DNA of 64,000 bases from Octopus vulgaris (GCA_951406725.2 OX597837.1:2046001-2110000); one strand, 5' to 3'. Shown: positions 12,064 to 24,479, numbered from the stretch's first letter. Program-made: numbers and translations. Notes: generated by a model not told the origin, from the sequence alone.

Positions 12064-12665
12064 TGGCACAAAGCCAGCAATATTTGGGGAGTGGGTAAGT
12101 CGATTACTTCAACCTCACTGTTCAAAGGGTACATATTTTATCGATTCCGAAGGGATGCAAGACAAAGTCAAGCCCAATGACATTTGAACTCAGAACGAAA
12201 AGCCGGACGAAGTGCCGCTAAGCATTTGGTCCAGCGTGCTAACGAACTAGATTACTATTTCTTTTTTATTTCTTTATTGCCCACAGGGAGCTAAACATAA
12301 AGGGGACAAATAAGGGGATTAAGTCGATTACATCGACCCCAGTGCATAACTGGTACTTATTTAATCGATTCCGAAAGGATGAAAGGCAAAGTCGACCTAG
12401 GCGTAATTTGAACTCAGAACGTGACACCAGACGAAATACCTATTTCTTTACTACCCACAAGGGGATACACACAGAGAGGACAAACAAGGACAGACAAACG
12501 GATTAAGTCGATTATATCGACCCCAGTGCGTAACTGGTACTTATTTAATCGACCCCGAAAGGATGAAAGGCAAAGTCGACCTCGGCGGAATTTGAACTCA
12601 GAACGTAGCGGCAGACGAAATACCGCTAAGCATTTCGCCCGGTGTGCTAATGATTCTGCCAGCTC
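12064..12665 (-). mobile_element. SINE family A copies (one decayed monomer plus a composite/dimeric copy at 12270-12665)
   Basis: Reverse complement of the family A head and core. Shares the internal junction GTAAAGAAATAGGTATTTCGTCTG with the 472-825 copy. Confidence 0.85.
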
Positions 12666-13339
12666 CCCAACGTAGTACTTCCTGTGACTGCCCTGCAGGA
12701 TTTTTTGAGGACGGTGAGCGCCAGGCGTTACGCCAGGTGTCTAGGCGTACAAGGAAAGATATAAACGTGCTTACAGATGTTTGACCTGGTGAATATTGTA
12801 GCCAAATCGCTGTCAACAAAAGCTCACCTCATCTAAAAAGCGATGATCACAGTTAAACAGAGTTTTGACTTACGCAATCCTAACAACAACAGCAGCAAAA
12901 TTCAAATCTCTTCCACAAGCAAACGAAGCATCTGTTTATGCAGTCAACATGCACAATAGTGTAACCCAACCATTATTAAGAAAATAACATTAAAAATAAA
13001 ATAAAAAACATTCGTTACTGCTCTACAAATGTTAAACAACTTTATATAATGGTGGAATCGTAATTAAAGACAGAGTTTGAAAATTGAGATAGTATCTTCA
13101 GTAAAACTATTTGAGTTTTATTCTAACATTTTCCGTCATTAATGAAGGTATTGTCTTTTGACATCTGAGAATCGCATGTTTGTTTGAGATGTTAAAACAA
13201 TAAAAATGGAGGCGGAGAACCTATTATTTCCAAGCTGTAGACAACACAGCAACAGCATTTCAATAAACTCATTGAAACATATATACATATGTGTCTGGGT
13301 GTGTATGTGTGTGTGTGCATGTTTGTGTATCTCTCTCTC

Positions 13340-13371
<32 letters not shown>

Positions 13372-13546
13372 AAATATTAGGGAATAAATCCAAATTTACA
13401 GGGAAAAAAATCAGATTTAGGATTAAATCCAATTTTATAGTAAAATATTATATAATATTAATTAGAGACAAAACCACTATTTTGCAAAACAAACAAGGAA
13501 ATACTTAATCAATACATAAAATTTTAATAAAAAGTAAAAAAAACCG

Positions 13547-13589
13547 CCACTACAATTGTTTCATGTCCTGATCGACAATCTTCAGGTGG
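13547..13589 (-). ncRNA. Type I hammerhead ribozyme motif
   Basis: CCAC-CUGAAGA-UUGUC(GAUCAG)GACAU-GAAA-CAAUUG-UA-GUGG. The core is intact, stem I is 4 bp (CCAC/GUGG), helix III is the palindrome ACAAUUGU, and the site is GUA. Confidence 0.8.
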
Positions 13590-13629
13590 ATTCAGTTTCA
13601 AATTTGAAACTGACTTGAAAATTGGAAAT

Positions 13630-13672
13630 CCACCTGAAGATTGTCGATCAGGACATGAAACAATTGTAGGGG
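13630..13672 (+). ncRNA. Type I hammerhead ribozyme motif (mirror copy, one stem I mismatch)
   Basis: CCAC-CUGAAGA-UUGUCGAUCAGGACAU-GAAA-CAAUUG-UA-GGGG. Confidence 0.7.
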
Positions 13673-13973
13673 CGGTTTTTTTACTTTTTATTAAAATTTT
13701 ATGTATTGATTAAGTCTTTCCTTGTTTGTTTTGCAAAATAGTGGTTTTGTCTCTAATTAATATTATATAAATATATATATATATATATATATAGTCTGCT
13801 GAAATGAATTGATAAGCCCACATATAACATCCAAAGTTTCATCTTTTTTTCTTCCTATGAAATGATACTCATGTTACATAAACGTAAATTTGATGTACAA
13901 ATTTGTAATCAAATTATTGAGAATTATTTGAAACGGCTGTAAGAAGTGAAGATGACCAATTTGTTAATAAGAA

Positions 13974-14071
13974 ACAATTATTAAACTTCCTTATTTCCAT
14001 TTTCTGTTCTACTCTTATATATAGATATAACAGAAGAACAGAAAATGGAGATAAGGAAGTTTAATAATTGT
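13974..14071. repeat. Inverted repeat, 37-bp arms
   Basis: 13974-14010 versus 14035-14071 with one mismatch. TA-rich spacer and right flank. Confidence 0.85.
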
Positions 14072-14089
14072 ATATATATATATATATAC

Positions 14090-14340
14090 ACAAAAGATGA
14101 AGACGGGTGTGTAAACAACAAACAGATGTAATAGTTTAACGCTAAGGAAGTGAGAAATTCTTTTACGTTTCGAGCCTACACTCTTCAACAGAAAGGAACA
14201 CAGAAATAAGCAGAGAGAGGAAATAAGAAAGGTTTAGTGTCTAGCGATCAATCCTGGTGAAGGCCAAACAGAAGTTGTGAGACAGGAGAGCTAAGAAAAA
14301 GGAGAGATCAAATAATAGTAGTGATGATCCCAAAATGAAG
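14090..14340 (-). mobile_element. Penelope-like terminal remnant with variant minimal hammerhead (14160-14195)
   Basis: Homologous to 27007-27190 and 57875-58055. Reverse complement reads CUUU-CUGUUGA-AGAGUGUAGGCUC-GAAACGUA-AAAG. Abuts (TA)n. Confidence 0.6.
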
Positions 14341-14373
14341 CTGCGCGTGCGTGTGTTACATATATATATATAT

Positions 14374-14409
14374 CGGCATGGTGGTATCTCTCAGATATTC
14401 TTATTTATA

Positions 14410-14448
<39 letters not shown>

Positions 14449-14702
14449 CTATAAATAAGGATATCTGAGAGATACCACCATACCGAAATAGCAGTCAAGG
14501 CCCCGACTCCAAAAACCACCTTAAATGTTCATATCGCGACATGAGATAAGACAGAGAGACGAAATGAAATATTTTTTGTTAGTTTATTTTGTCTCTGTCT
14601 TATCTCATGGCGCGATATGAACATTTAAGGTGGTTTTTGGAGTCAGGGCCTTGACTGCTATTTCGGTATGGTGGTATCTCTCAGATACCCTTATTTATAG
14701 TT
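14374..14702. repeat. Three-armed foldback: inverted arms 14447-14557 / 14592-14702, plus a partial arm 14374-14412 across (TA)n
   Basis: Direct reverse-complement match over ~110 bp. Confidence 0.9.
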
Positions 14703-15471
14703 TTAAATAATTATTACCTTTGTATGGTATTTATTCCCATGCTGGCCATTTGATAATATCGATATTTAAATATCGATATTATCCTTATTTATAAATTTAT
14801 ATATATATATGTAAATCAGAAATATTAAATGTCTAAATATCTCATAGAGATATGTGCGGTGGTGGAGCGATAGAGTGGTTGTATACTGTCAACTTAACGT
14901 GACAGTCCCGTAAGGGAATTACAACACCGCTATTTAGCCCTAGGAAATATCGACGCTTTCTGTCGGCCTTGACACATTTCCTGTGTCCTTATATATATGT
15001 AATTAGAATACATATGCATGTCGAGGCTATATATCTACAGAAAGGTGCCACCTCTAATAAATAAGGAAGGATTACTTCTGTGAAATAGCTAAAACGAAAA
15101 TCGAAACCCGAAAGAAGACATTGAAAATGACACTTTACTTTCTACATTCTAAGTTTCTTCGGTAAGGTTGATCTCTATTTCTAAGAGGGCAACTTTGCAT
15201 TGGCGATATAATAAAAAGTACCTGACGACAACTGGGTAGAGGGGAAGTAATGAAATTAATTGATCCCATTCTAAGTAAATATAAGCTCTTTGCGCTCTGA
15301 GTTCAAACTCAGGTGAGGTCAGCTTTCCTTAACTTGGTCTTCCATACTTTCGAGTAAGACACCAATAATCAGTTAAACGCAGAGGTTTGCGGAATTACTT
15401 TCATGCCCTACATCCTCACCACCAGGCTCAGTTCCTGGCACTGTAAGCTGTAAATGGCATTACCAGTATAA

Positions 15472-15685
15472 GGCGGCGAGCTGGCAGAATCGTTAGCATG
15501 CTGGACGAAATAGCGGTATGTCGTCCGTCTTCACATCCTGAGTTCACATTCCAGCTACGTCGACTTTGCTTTCCATCATTTCGAGGTCAATGAATTGAGT
15601 ACTAGTTGAGTACTGGGGGTCGATGTAATCCACTTAACCTCTCCTACCAAATTTCAGGCCTTGTGCCTTTGGTAGAAAGGATTAT
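15472..15685 (+). mobile_element. SINE family A copy
   Basis: GGCGGCGAGCTGGCAGAATCGTTAGC head, core, and AAATTTCAGGCCTTGTGCC...GTAGAAAGGATTATT tail. Confidence 0.8.
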
Positions 15686-15774
15686 TCGAGATGGCTGAAT
15701 CGTTAGCACGCCGGGCAAAATGCTTAGCGTCATTTTGACCGTCACTATGTTCTGAGTTCAAATTCCGCAGAGGA

Positions 15775-15897
15775 AAACAAATCTCTTGTATTGTGCAGAA
15801 TATTTGCTGTAGCCCAAGACAAAACATATACATGATAATACTTCCAATCTGTTAAGATCAAAGGCATGAGAGCCGCCACCTTGTACTGCATCAGGGC

Positions 15898-15899
<2 letters not shown>
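15775..15899 (-). mobile_element. Partial copy of the ~550-bp (TAA)n-associated element
   Basis: Reverse complement begins ATGCCCTGATGCAGTAC directly after (TAA)n, as at 23068. Confidence 0.75.
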
Positions 15900-15957
<58 letters not shown>

Positions 15958-15974
15958 CATCATCATTATCATCA

Positions 15975-16051
<77 letters not shown>

Positions 16052-16055
<4 letters not shown>

Positions 16056-16398
16056 GTTTGCCTTTTGCTTTGTATTTATACAAGTTGGCTCCAAGTCTCA
16101 GCTAGAGACCTCAAGAGACAACGATTTAGAAGTTCATATTGGTGTTATGTCTATGGTGTAATATATTTGGCTTTGCCCATTTTTGCACATTACCGAGTGA
16201 ATATACTATGCAGCTCTATCATGCCTGTTGAGATATTCTGTAGGCGCAAGAAGACTGCACATGAAGGCAACAAGATCAATGGTTTCATTTTGTTGTTGAC
16301 ATACACGACATGTTGGGCAGCTGCCATTCTTTAATATATTGACCTGGTACCTCCTTGTAGGTAGGCAGTGATCTTGGACTGCTATGATAAACCCTTTA
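16052..16398 (-). pseudogene. R4/Dong-type RLE retrotransposon fragment, internally deleted
   Basis: GFIIAVQDHCLPTRRYQ...CRVCQQQNETIDLV...YLNRHDRAA*YIH is joined to a 3' UTR ending in (TAA)n. Confidence 0.75.
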
Positions 16399-16468
16399 AT
16401 TTCTGATTATCACTATTATTATCATTATCATCATTAAAGTTTTTTTTTGTTGTTATCGTTATTACTAA

Positions 16469-16679
16469 AGCAGTGAGCTAGCAGAATCGTTAGCATGCTG
16501 GACGAACTACCTTGCAGTTTTAGTCCTTCGCACCGTTCTGAGTTCAAATTCCGCCGAGGTCAACTTTGCCTTTCATCCTTTCGGGCTCGATAAATCGAAT
16601 ACCAGTTGAGTACTTGGGTTGATTTAATCGACTTAACCCCTCCTCCAAAATTCCAAGCCTTGTGCCTTACGTAGAAAGG

Positions 16680-16759
<80 letters not shown>

Positions 16760-16945
16760 GGCGGTGAGCTGGCAGAATCGTTAGCACGCCGGACAAAATG
16801 CTTTGAAGCATTTTGTTCGTCATTACCCTCTGAATTGAAATTGACTTTATCTCCCTTCTCTTCGGGGTCGACGAAGTAAGTACCTGTCAAGTGCTAGTGT
16901 CGATTCAAACAAGTTGCCCCTCCATCCAACTTTGTGCCTTTATGA
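16469..16945 (+). mobile_element. Two head-to-tail SINE family A copies separated by an (ATT)n tail
   Basis: The first copy ends GTAGAAAGGA(TTA)n. The second head, GGCGGTGAGCTGGCAGAATCG, starts at ~16760. Confidence 0.85.
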
Positions 16946-19817
16946 GAAAAAGAATTGCTTAGCGACATATCTTTTCCTTGTTTTCCATCTGAGTTCAAAT
17001 GCCACCGAAATCGTGTTTGCCCTTCATCCTTGGAGATGGATAAAATAGGGATCCGTTAAATACTGGACCCAATGTATTCGACTAACCTCCTCCTTATGCC
17101 AAAAGTTTAAACAATTTTATTAGCATTGTAGTGTTACCGAAAACTGGGTCTTCAGATTCACTTATAACAACATTCTTGTTAAAAAAACCTGCTGCTTCCG
17201 ATCAATTTATTTTCACTGATTAGTAAAAGATGCTGTTAAAAATATTAAAAATGTTTTTAAAAGGGAAAGGGTGGGGGAAACATGGTTTTATTTTTTGATT
17301 TTGATGTTTGACTATAAAGCAGCTTCTGCAAATGTGAGGTTTCAACCGTCTTCAGGCAAACACGGAAGAAATCGGCTGATAATAAAAGAGCAGATCAAAA
17401 ACATTTAATAAACCAATTTTGGAATATTGGAATAACATTCTGGCCTTGAGTCATAAACTAGCAGTCTTTTGATGCATGGATTTGGTGGAGAGGCGGGGGT
17501 GGCCTGTTTGGGTGGGTCCGTATGTGTAGGCGTGTGTAGGCGTGTGTGCGTGTATGCGTTTGAGTTTCTGTTTGTGTATGTGTATGTTTGTGTGTGCTTC
17601 TTGAGGATGTTCTTCTGTTTGCATATGGGTCTGTGTGTGCGTGCATTTGTGTGTGTTTCAGTGTATTGCGTATATGTGTGAGCATTTATGTGCGTACGTG
17701 TAAGTTGATGGTGGTGGCGGTGTTCGAGTGTGTTTGCGTGTGTGTTTCGGTGTATGTGTATACGTGTGAGTGTTTGTGCATGTCTGTGTAAGTTGATGGT
17801 GTGTGTGTGTGTGCTCACGTTTTTGTGGGTGTGTGTGCGTGTGGTGTGTAAACGTTAAGGTGCGTGCTACGTTCGTCTGTGTGTGTGTGTGTGTGTGAGA
17901 GAGATATGTTTATACGAGTATCTTTGCGTGTGTTTGCGTGTGTAGGAGGGTGTACGTGTGTCATGTGTGTGTGTGTGCGTGTGATTATGTATATGCGCAT
18001 GCTTGGATGTATGTGTGTGTGCGTGTGTTACGAAAGAAGTGTGTGTTACGGTAAATTTGCTTGTGTGTATGTGTTAGAATGTGTGTTTTGATGTGACTGT
18101 TTAGATGTGTGTTTGTGTGTGCGCGCGTATGTGTGAGTGTGCATGTGTGTATATGTGAGCGCCCGTATGTGCGTATGTGTATAAATGTGTGTGCGTGTGT
18201 GTGTATGTGAGCGCGCGTGTGTGCGTATGTGTATAAGTGTGTGTGTGTGTGTATGTGTATACGTGTGTGTGTGCACTTCCTTCTTCTGCCTTTGAAATTG
18301 TTCACAATTGATTGATTTTCCAAACCGTGAAATATATTATTAGAAATAAATCAAACATTCATATCGCACTAACATGCACTTCACAACATGCACAACACAC
18401 TTCCTGCACATTTCACTGCACACTATGCAATAGAACACTACACCAACCTGCACTACCTCACACTACAATGAGAAGTCACTAGAATTTCTCAAGAGCCTTT
18501 GAAAGAGCCTCAGAGAGAGCGGTTCTCGACTACAGCTCCCAGGGCCGCATGTTGCCCTCAAGCTTTCTCCCATTGACCCCCGACGGTCTTCCCTTTAAAA
18601 ATAGAATTATTTCTGCAATTGATTTCTCTTTGACTTGATGCAACCAAATAATCTTGGTGCGGTTCCCTAAAAGAAGTTTAGGGTTTCGATGTGGCCCGGA
18701 TATTAAAATTGTTGACAACCACTGATCTAGGTAGTCATTATATTTGCTAGAAATAGCAGCCGAATCTTCATAACATGCAACGATACCGCATTTGAAAAGA
18801 GGAATCACATGCGGCATGATGTATTCGTAGATGATGGTTTTTCCGTCGGAATCGACGATGAGCAGTCAATTGCTCAATCAAGTAAACGTTGTACTGCGCG
18901 TAAGTGGCTGAGTATATCGAAAGAGTGTGTACTTATAATGTAACTCAGCATGATACATGAAACGACGCTGGTCTTTTGAATAACTGATGCAGTCCCTACA
19001 ACAAGCTTCCGTCTAGTTTCCGTCCCTCTAATTTCGCTTATTAGCATCAGGGCGACTTGAACTCACGGTAAAAGATATTGTGAAGTGAAGTTCTGAAGCA
19101 CTGAGGTATGCCTGCTTCTGTATGTATATTTCGTGCTTTGAGATAATCTTAGAGAGACAGGATTGTCGTGGGTGGAAAGCCTTTGATCACGTTTGCTCGA
19201 TCGAGGACGAAGCGAGGCTAAACAGCAAAATCCATAACAGCTACTGTATGTACGTGTGTGTGTTTGCGTTCATGCTTGACAACCGGAGTTGGTTTGCTTA
19301 CATCCCCAGTGACTTAGCTTCAGCAACGTAGACCAATCGAAATAGCGCCAGAGATTTTATTTAAAAAATGAAATACTGGAATTGATCGGTTCGACAAAAA
19401 CCATTCAAGGCGTTGCCCCAGCATGGCCGGAATCATCTTGACTAAGACGACGGTTACATTTTTTTCAATTCAACAGCGATGTCGGAATAAATCATTTTTT
19501 TAGCTTTTCAAGTAACGTCTACCCAACATAATAACATATATCATTATATCGATTAATGAGAGTGTTTGTCATGTTTGTCACACAAAGCGATGTCAGGCCT
19601 ATAATATAATAACTATTGGCCTGTCTAGGCTCTAGAGCTCTACACAGTATCTTCACATTGTCATTTTCTAAGACAGGGTGGAGGTTTATAGCAAGACTAC
19701 CAAGCTTTGGTAGCTAAAACGGTAAATTCGATTAATTGAGCGTATGAAGAGTACTTGCTGTAATGTTTCCTCGTCCTCCTTTTTCTTCTTCTTCTACTTC
19801 TCATATTGTGTGTGTGT

Positions 19818-20106
19818 GGAGGCACAATGGCCCAGTGGTTAGAGCAGCGGACTCGCGAGCGGGATCGCGGTTTCGATTCCCAGACCGGGCGCTGTGTGAA
19901 AACACCTAAAAGCTCCACAAGGCTTCGGCAGTGGGGGCAACCGCTGCTGTATTCTTTCGCCCCAACTTTCTCTCTCTTTCTTCCTGTTTCTTGAGTAACG
20001 CTGCGATGGACTGGCGTCCCGTCCAGCTGGTGGGGGCGGGGCACATACGCCATAGAAACCGGGAAACTGGGCCCATGAGCCTGGCTAGGCTTGAAAAGGG
20101 CGCATA
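19818..20106 (+). mobile_element. tRNA-derived SINE with V-SINE-like 3' body
   Basis: GGAGGCACAATGGCCCAGTGGTTAGAGC...GGTTTCGATTCCC head, followed by a GCGATGGACTGGCGTCCCGTCCAG segment. Confidence 0.65.
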
Positions 20107-20318
20107 ATATATATATATTGCTCTAAATAAGGAGTAGAAGGACAGCCGACAACTGATGAAGGGTAGTTTTTATGTAACTTGTCTTGTTTTCTCTCGTTCT
20201 TTGAGTACCCAACTTTATTTTCGTATTGCATGTTGTTTACGTTTTGTGACGTCCTATACCCATATATGCATACCTTTCTACATACATATGTATATAGGTA
20301 TATATATGTATGTATATA

Positions 20319-20360
<42 letters not shown>

Positions 20361-21052
20361 TATATATATATAAATATATATACACATATATTATTTATAT
20401 ATGTGTGGCTGTGTGTGTGTGTGAGTGTGTGTGTATGACACCCCCGGAAAGTTGTGCTGCAGAACTACCGCTTCCAGTGAATGAAATCGTAAAAGGTATA
20501 TAAATATTATTACTATTATTTAATGCGAAATAACAAAACCAAAAATACAATATTAATAATAAGAATAAAAATAATTAATAATCTCTTCTTTATTGGCCAC
20601 GGAGGCCGATAAAAAATAACAAAAGATCAATACAAAAACAGGGGTCAAGTGGGACTTAACGCAAAAATACGTGTAAACAATGTCACAAAAACAATTAACA
20701 AGACTTAAACAATATTCATGTTGTGGTTAACGCAGCCACCGTTACCGATCTCTTCTTGCTGTTTATTGTAATTTAGTGAAGTGAGTAACAGAAGAGGAGA
20801 AAAGATTTCATTTGTGGGGGGGAGGCAAAGGCGATTCTCCTCACACGATACTCCCATAATGGGAATTGTTAATACAGAGCGTTTTTCTAGAAGGCAAACT
20901 ATTTCCTCCTTGTGTGCCCTGACCACTGAGTACCAGTCAGAAGATTCCTGGTGTTCTTAATAACACATTGTAAACAAAATTTTTATGCAGAACAAGACAC
21001 GAGACGTGTGAAAACAATGAATATGAACAAGACTTACACAATGTCTGCAGCA

Positions 21053-21110
<58 letters not shown>

Positions 21111-21112
<2 letters not shown>

Positions 21113-21661
21113 GATGCAGTACCAGGCAGTGGCTCTCATGGCTTCTGATCTTAACTGATTGGAAGTGTTATCATGTACATTGTTTTGTCTTGGTATAAAA
21201 GATGGGCTACAGCAAATATTCTGCTCAATACCACAGATTTGCTTGTCAGTTGTTTGACCTTAACCAGTTGAGCATGTCCCTTAGTGGCTGACAATACGTG
21301 CATCTCTGATCACGAGCAGAAGTAGTGGGGGAGCATCATAGCCATGTGTTGAGAAGGATTCTTTGGGGTTTGAATAATTCACCTCTGGAAACATGGGTGT
21401 TTCGTTCAACGTCCTTAAACAACCCTTATTCAGGGACCTTTTGAGCGGGATGGGTTACTCGATCTGAAGAAAATTCTAACTGGGCTCCACCTGCAAGGTC
21501 ATGTGCTGTTTATCTTGATATGAGATCACCATGTCGCGCACATATGGTTGTGATGCATGTGCCTGGTGTACCCTTATCAGACGGGTAGTCATGATGGGTA
21601 TACTGTGCTTCGTATATTTTACCCCAGTGTCACTTTGATGGCATGCTCTGCTCGCTCACTC
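21111..21661 (+). mobile_element. ~550-bp non-coding element embedded in (TAA)n (copy 1)
   Basis: Highly similar to 23068-23623, 63694-64000 and 15775-15899. (TAA)n on both sides. Confidence 0.85.
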
Positions 21662-21697
<36 letters not shown>

Positions 21698-21698
<1 letters not shown>

Positions 21699-23005
21699 GT
21701 GATATGATGAAGGCAATTCAACCTCAATGAAACTGTAAATACCTGGAAATACTCGAGGCAGATGGAATTAAACACAATGACATGAAGGAAAAGAGAGTAT
21801 CTGCAACGAATGAGAAAAATATTGGCTTCAAAGAAAAATGACTCGCGCCCAGTCGCAGTTGTTTGGTATGGCGCAGGAATCCTGAAGTAGACTGAGGAGG
21901 AACTGAAGGAGATGGACAGGAAAACAGGAGAGCTTCTAAAGATGCATGGAGACCATCATCCACGTAGGGACACTGATCGCTTAAACATGAAGAGAGCAAA
22001 TGGAGGAAGGGGACTGATAAGTGTGGAAGACTGCGTGCGTATCGGACACGAGAGCTTAATGGGTTAATGAGACACCTAGCCCAAAGTAAGGAAACCTTGC
22101 TACTGACAGTTAGGAACGGAGGAGCTTTGAGAGCGGAGAGAAAAGGAAAAACGAAGGAAGAAGTACAAAAGGGGACATGAAGAAGAATTACGCAAGAACC
22201 ACATCAGAAGTTTCTGGAAAAATGTGGGTGGGATTGGATGATGAAGGGAACTCTAAAAAAAAGTGACCGAGAGCACTATAGCGGCAGTACAAGACCAAGC
22301 TTTGGACCTGAATTGGAAGGCTAGCCTTAGGAATGAGCAAGTGTCTCCGCTGTGCCGCATGATTGGATGAAACAATTGCCCACATCAAGAACGAATACAC
22401 TAGACTTGCGCCAAACCACTACAAGTTGTGGCGACACGATCAAGTAGCGAAAGTGCTACACTGGAAACTGTGCGGAAAGTTGGGGCTAAGAGGCAAGACG
22501 TGGTATGAGCATGACTCCGAAGAGAGTGGCGGAGTCAGGGACTAGCAAATTCCTCTGGGATTTTCCAGTCCAAACAGATCAGGTTGTAATGCATAACAGA
22601 CCAGACCTAGTGGTAGTGGACAAGGTGAACCACATATGCTATGTACTTGATGTTGCATGCCCCTTTGACCTATGAATAGTCAAGAAGGCAAGCGAAAAAA
22701 TAGATAGATACGAAATAAGTACGGAATAGCCCGGCTCTGGAAAATAAAGGTGAAAATAATGCCTATCATTGTTGGGGTTTGAGAACAGTATCAGAAGACA
22801 TCAAAGGGAATAAATATAAAGAAAATTGGAATAGAGTGCCCAGTAGAACTGTTACAAAAGGTTTGTCTCCTTGGCACGGCCAGAATAATCTGGAAAGTAT
22901 TAGGTAGGTGAAAAGAACAAATAGCATGGTACCGTAAGCTGCAGGTACCAAGCCCCCTACGCATGTATGACTCCAGGGGCTCCAACAAAACTTGTGATAA
23001 AGAGA
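21698..23005 (+). pseudogene. R4/Dong-type RLE non-LTR retrotransposon, 5'-truncated and decayed
   Basis: KYLEILE, RANGGRGLISVEDC, AVQDQAL, ETIAHI...RHDQVAKVLHWKLC, LWDFPVQTD..HNRPDLVVVDK (PD..D nuclease), LQKVCLLGTARII. Contains stops and frameshifts. Flanked by (TAA)n, the target known for Dong. Confidence 0.85.
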
Positions 23006-23067
<62 letters not shown>

Positions 23068-23069
<2 letters not shown>

Positions 23070-23623
23070 GCCCTGATGCAGTACCAGGCAGTGGCTCTCA
23101 TGGCTTCTGATCTTAACTGATTGGAAGTGTCATCATGTACATTGTTTTGTCTTGGTATATAAGATGGGCTACAGCAAATATTCTGCTCAATACCACAGAT
23201 TTGCTTGTCACTTGTTTGACCGTAACCAGTTGAGCATGTCCCTTAGTGGCTGACGATATGTGCATCTCTGATCACGAGCAGAAGTAGTACGGGAGCATCA
23301 TAGCCATGTGTTGAGAGGGATTCTTTGGGGTTTGAATAATTCACCTCTGGAAACATAGGTGGTTCTTTCAACATCCTTAAACAACCCTTATTCAGGGACC
23401 TTTTGAGCGGGATGGGCTACTCGACCTGAAGAAAATTCTAACTGGGCCCCACCTGCAAGTTCATGCGCTGTTTACCTTGATATGAGATCACCATGTCACG
23501 CACATATGGTTGTGATGCATGTGCCTGGTGTACCCTTATCAGACGGGTAGTCATGATGGATATACTGGGCTTCGTATATTTTACCCCAGTGTCACTTTGA
23601 TGGCATGAACTGCTCTCTCACTC
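23068..23623 (+). mobile_element. ~550-bp non-coding element embedded in (TAA)n (copy 2)
   Basis: Direct repeat of 21111-21661 with scattered substitutions. Confidence 0.85.
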
Positions 23624-23636
23624 AATAATAATAATA

Positions 23637-23852
23637 GAAGAAGAAGAAGAAGAAGAAGAAGAAGAAGAAGAAGAAGAAGAAGAAGAAGAAGAAGAAGAAG
23701 AAGAAGAAGAAGAAGAAGAAGAAGAAGAAGAAGAAGAAGAAGAAGAAGAAGAAGAAGAAGAAGAAGAAGAAGAAGAAGAAGAAGAAGAAGAAGAAGAAGA
23801 AGAAGAAGAAGAAGAAGAAGAAGAAGAAGAAGAAGAAGAAGAAGAAGAAGAA
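23637..23852. repeat. (GAA)n microsatellite, ~72 units
   Basis: Uninterrupted GAA run. Confidence 0.95.
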
Positions 23853-24201
23853 TGAGCACTTGAAATGACCCAAAAAAGGAACTGAAAATTATTTCAGGAT
23901 GATGCCATGCTTGCCATCCATGCAAGAAGCAGAAAAAAGATTGTTTTATGTGGTACGTGTCACGTGTTGAGAAGAGCGTTGTCGTTTTGAATTTTCTCTC
24001 CTTTTTTCCCTTTTATTTTGTCTTTGTTTTTTATATTTTTTCCCATTTTTCCTTTCCTTTTTCTTTCTCTCCCTCTTTTTTCTACCACATGACTTTGTAA
24101 ATGGTGTTTTTATTTTAATGGTCTACTCATGTATACAAGGAGTTTTTGCCCTAGGTGTCTGGAAGACACACCGCAAGAAATGGAAATAAACTTGAAAGAA
24201 C

Positions 24202-24202
<1 letters not shown>
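23853..24202 (+). pseudogene. Short 3' fragment of a second R4/Dong subfamily
   Basis: ALEM...ENYFRMMPCLPSMQEA..IVLCGTCHVLRRALSF*, then a T-rich UTR and a (TAA)n tail. Confidence 0.7.
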
Positions 24203-24259
<57 letters not shown>

Positions 24260-24479
24260 TAGTTTGAAATTTAGGTACAGATCTAGAAGTTATTGCAGGA
24301 AGGCTACTAGTCGATTATATTGACATCAGTGCTCAGGTAGCATTTATTTTATCGACCCCTAAAAGATAAAATTTTAAATCAACTACGTCAGACTTTGAGC
24401 CCAGACGGTAAAGGCAGATGAAATGCCGCTCAGCATTCTACTAGGTGTGCTAACGATTGTCAGCTGCCAGAACAACCAT

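Larger units (their letters stand above)
13448..13770. repeat. Long inverted repeat (~145-bp arms) with a hammerhead in each arm; Penelope-like inverted terminal repeats
   Basis: Arms 13448-13592 and 13627-13770 are near-perfect reverse complements. A 20-bp palindrome, CAGTTTCAAATTTGAAACTG, lies at the centre. Flanked by (TA)n/(TAA)n. Confidence 0.9.

Noticed and set aside
14462-14500. CTGAGAGA...GAAATAGCAGTC as a hammerhead
   Set aside because: The core has an extra base and there is no stem I.
17325-17362. Minus-strand CUGAAGA-CGGUU-GAAACCUC; similar weak hits at ~59575-59612 and ~60210-60232
   Set aside because: Stems I and III do not form. Compatible with chance.
19818-19890. Genuine tRNA genes at SINE heads
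   Set aside because: A/B boxes run directly into SINE bodies and a full cloverleaf is not supported.
21111-23623. LTR retrotransposon interpretation (two direct 550-bp repeats around RT-related sequence)
   Set aside because: No TG...CA ends, PBS or PPT. The repeats are separated from the interior by (TAA)n, the interior is a non-LTR RLE element, and solo copies occur elsewhere in TAA tracts.
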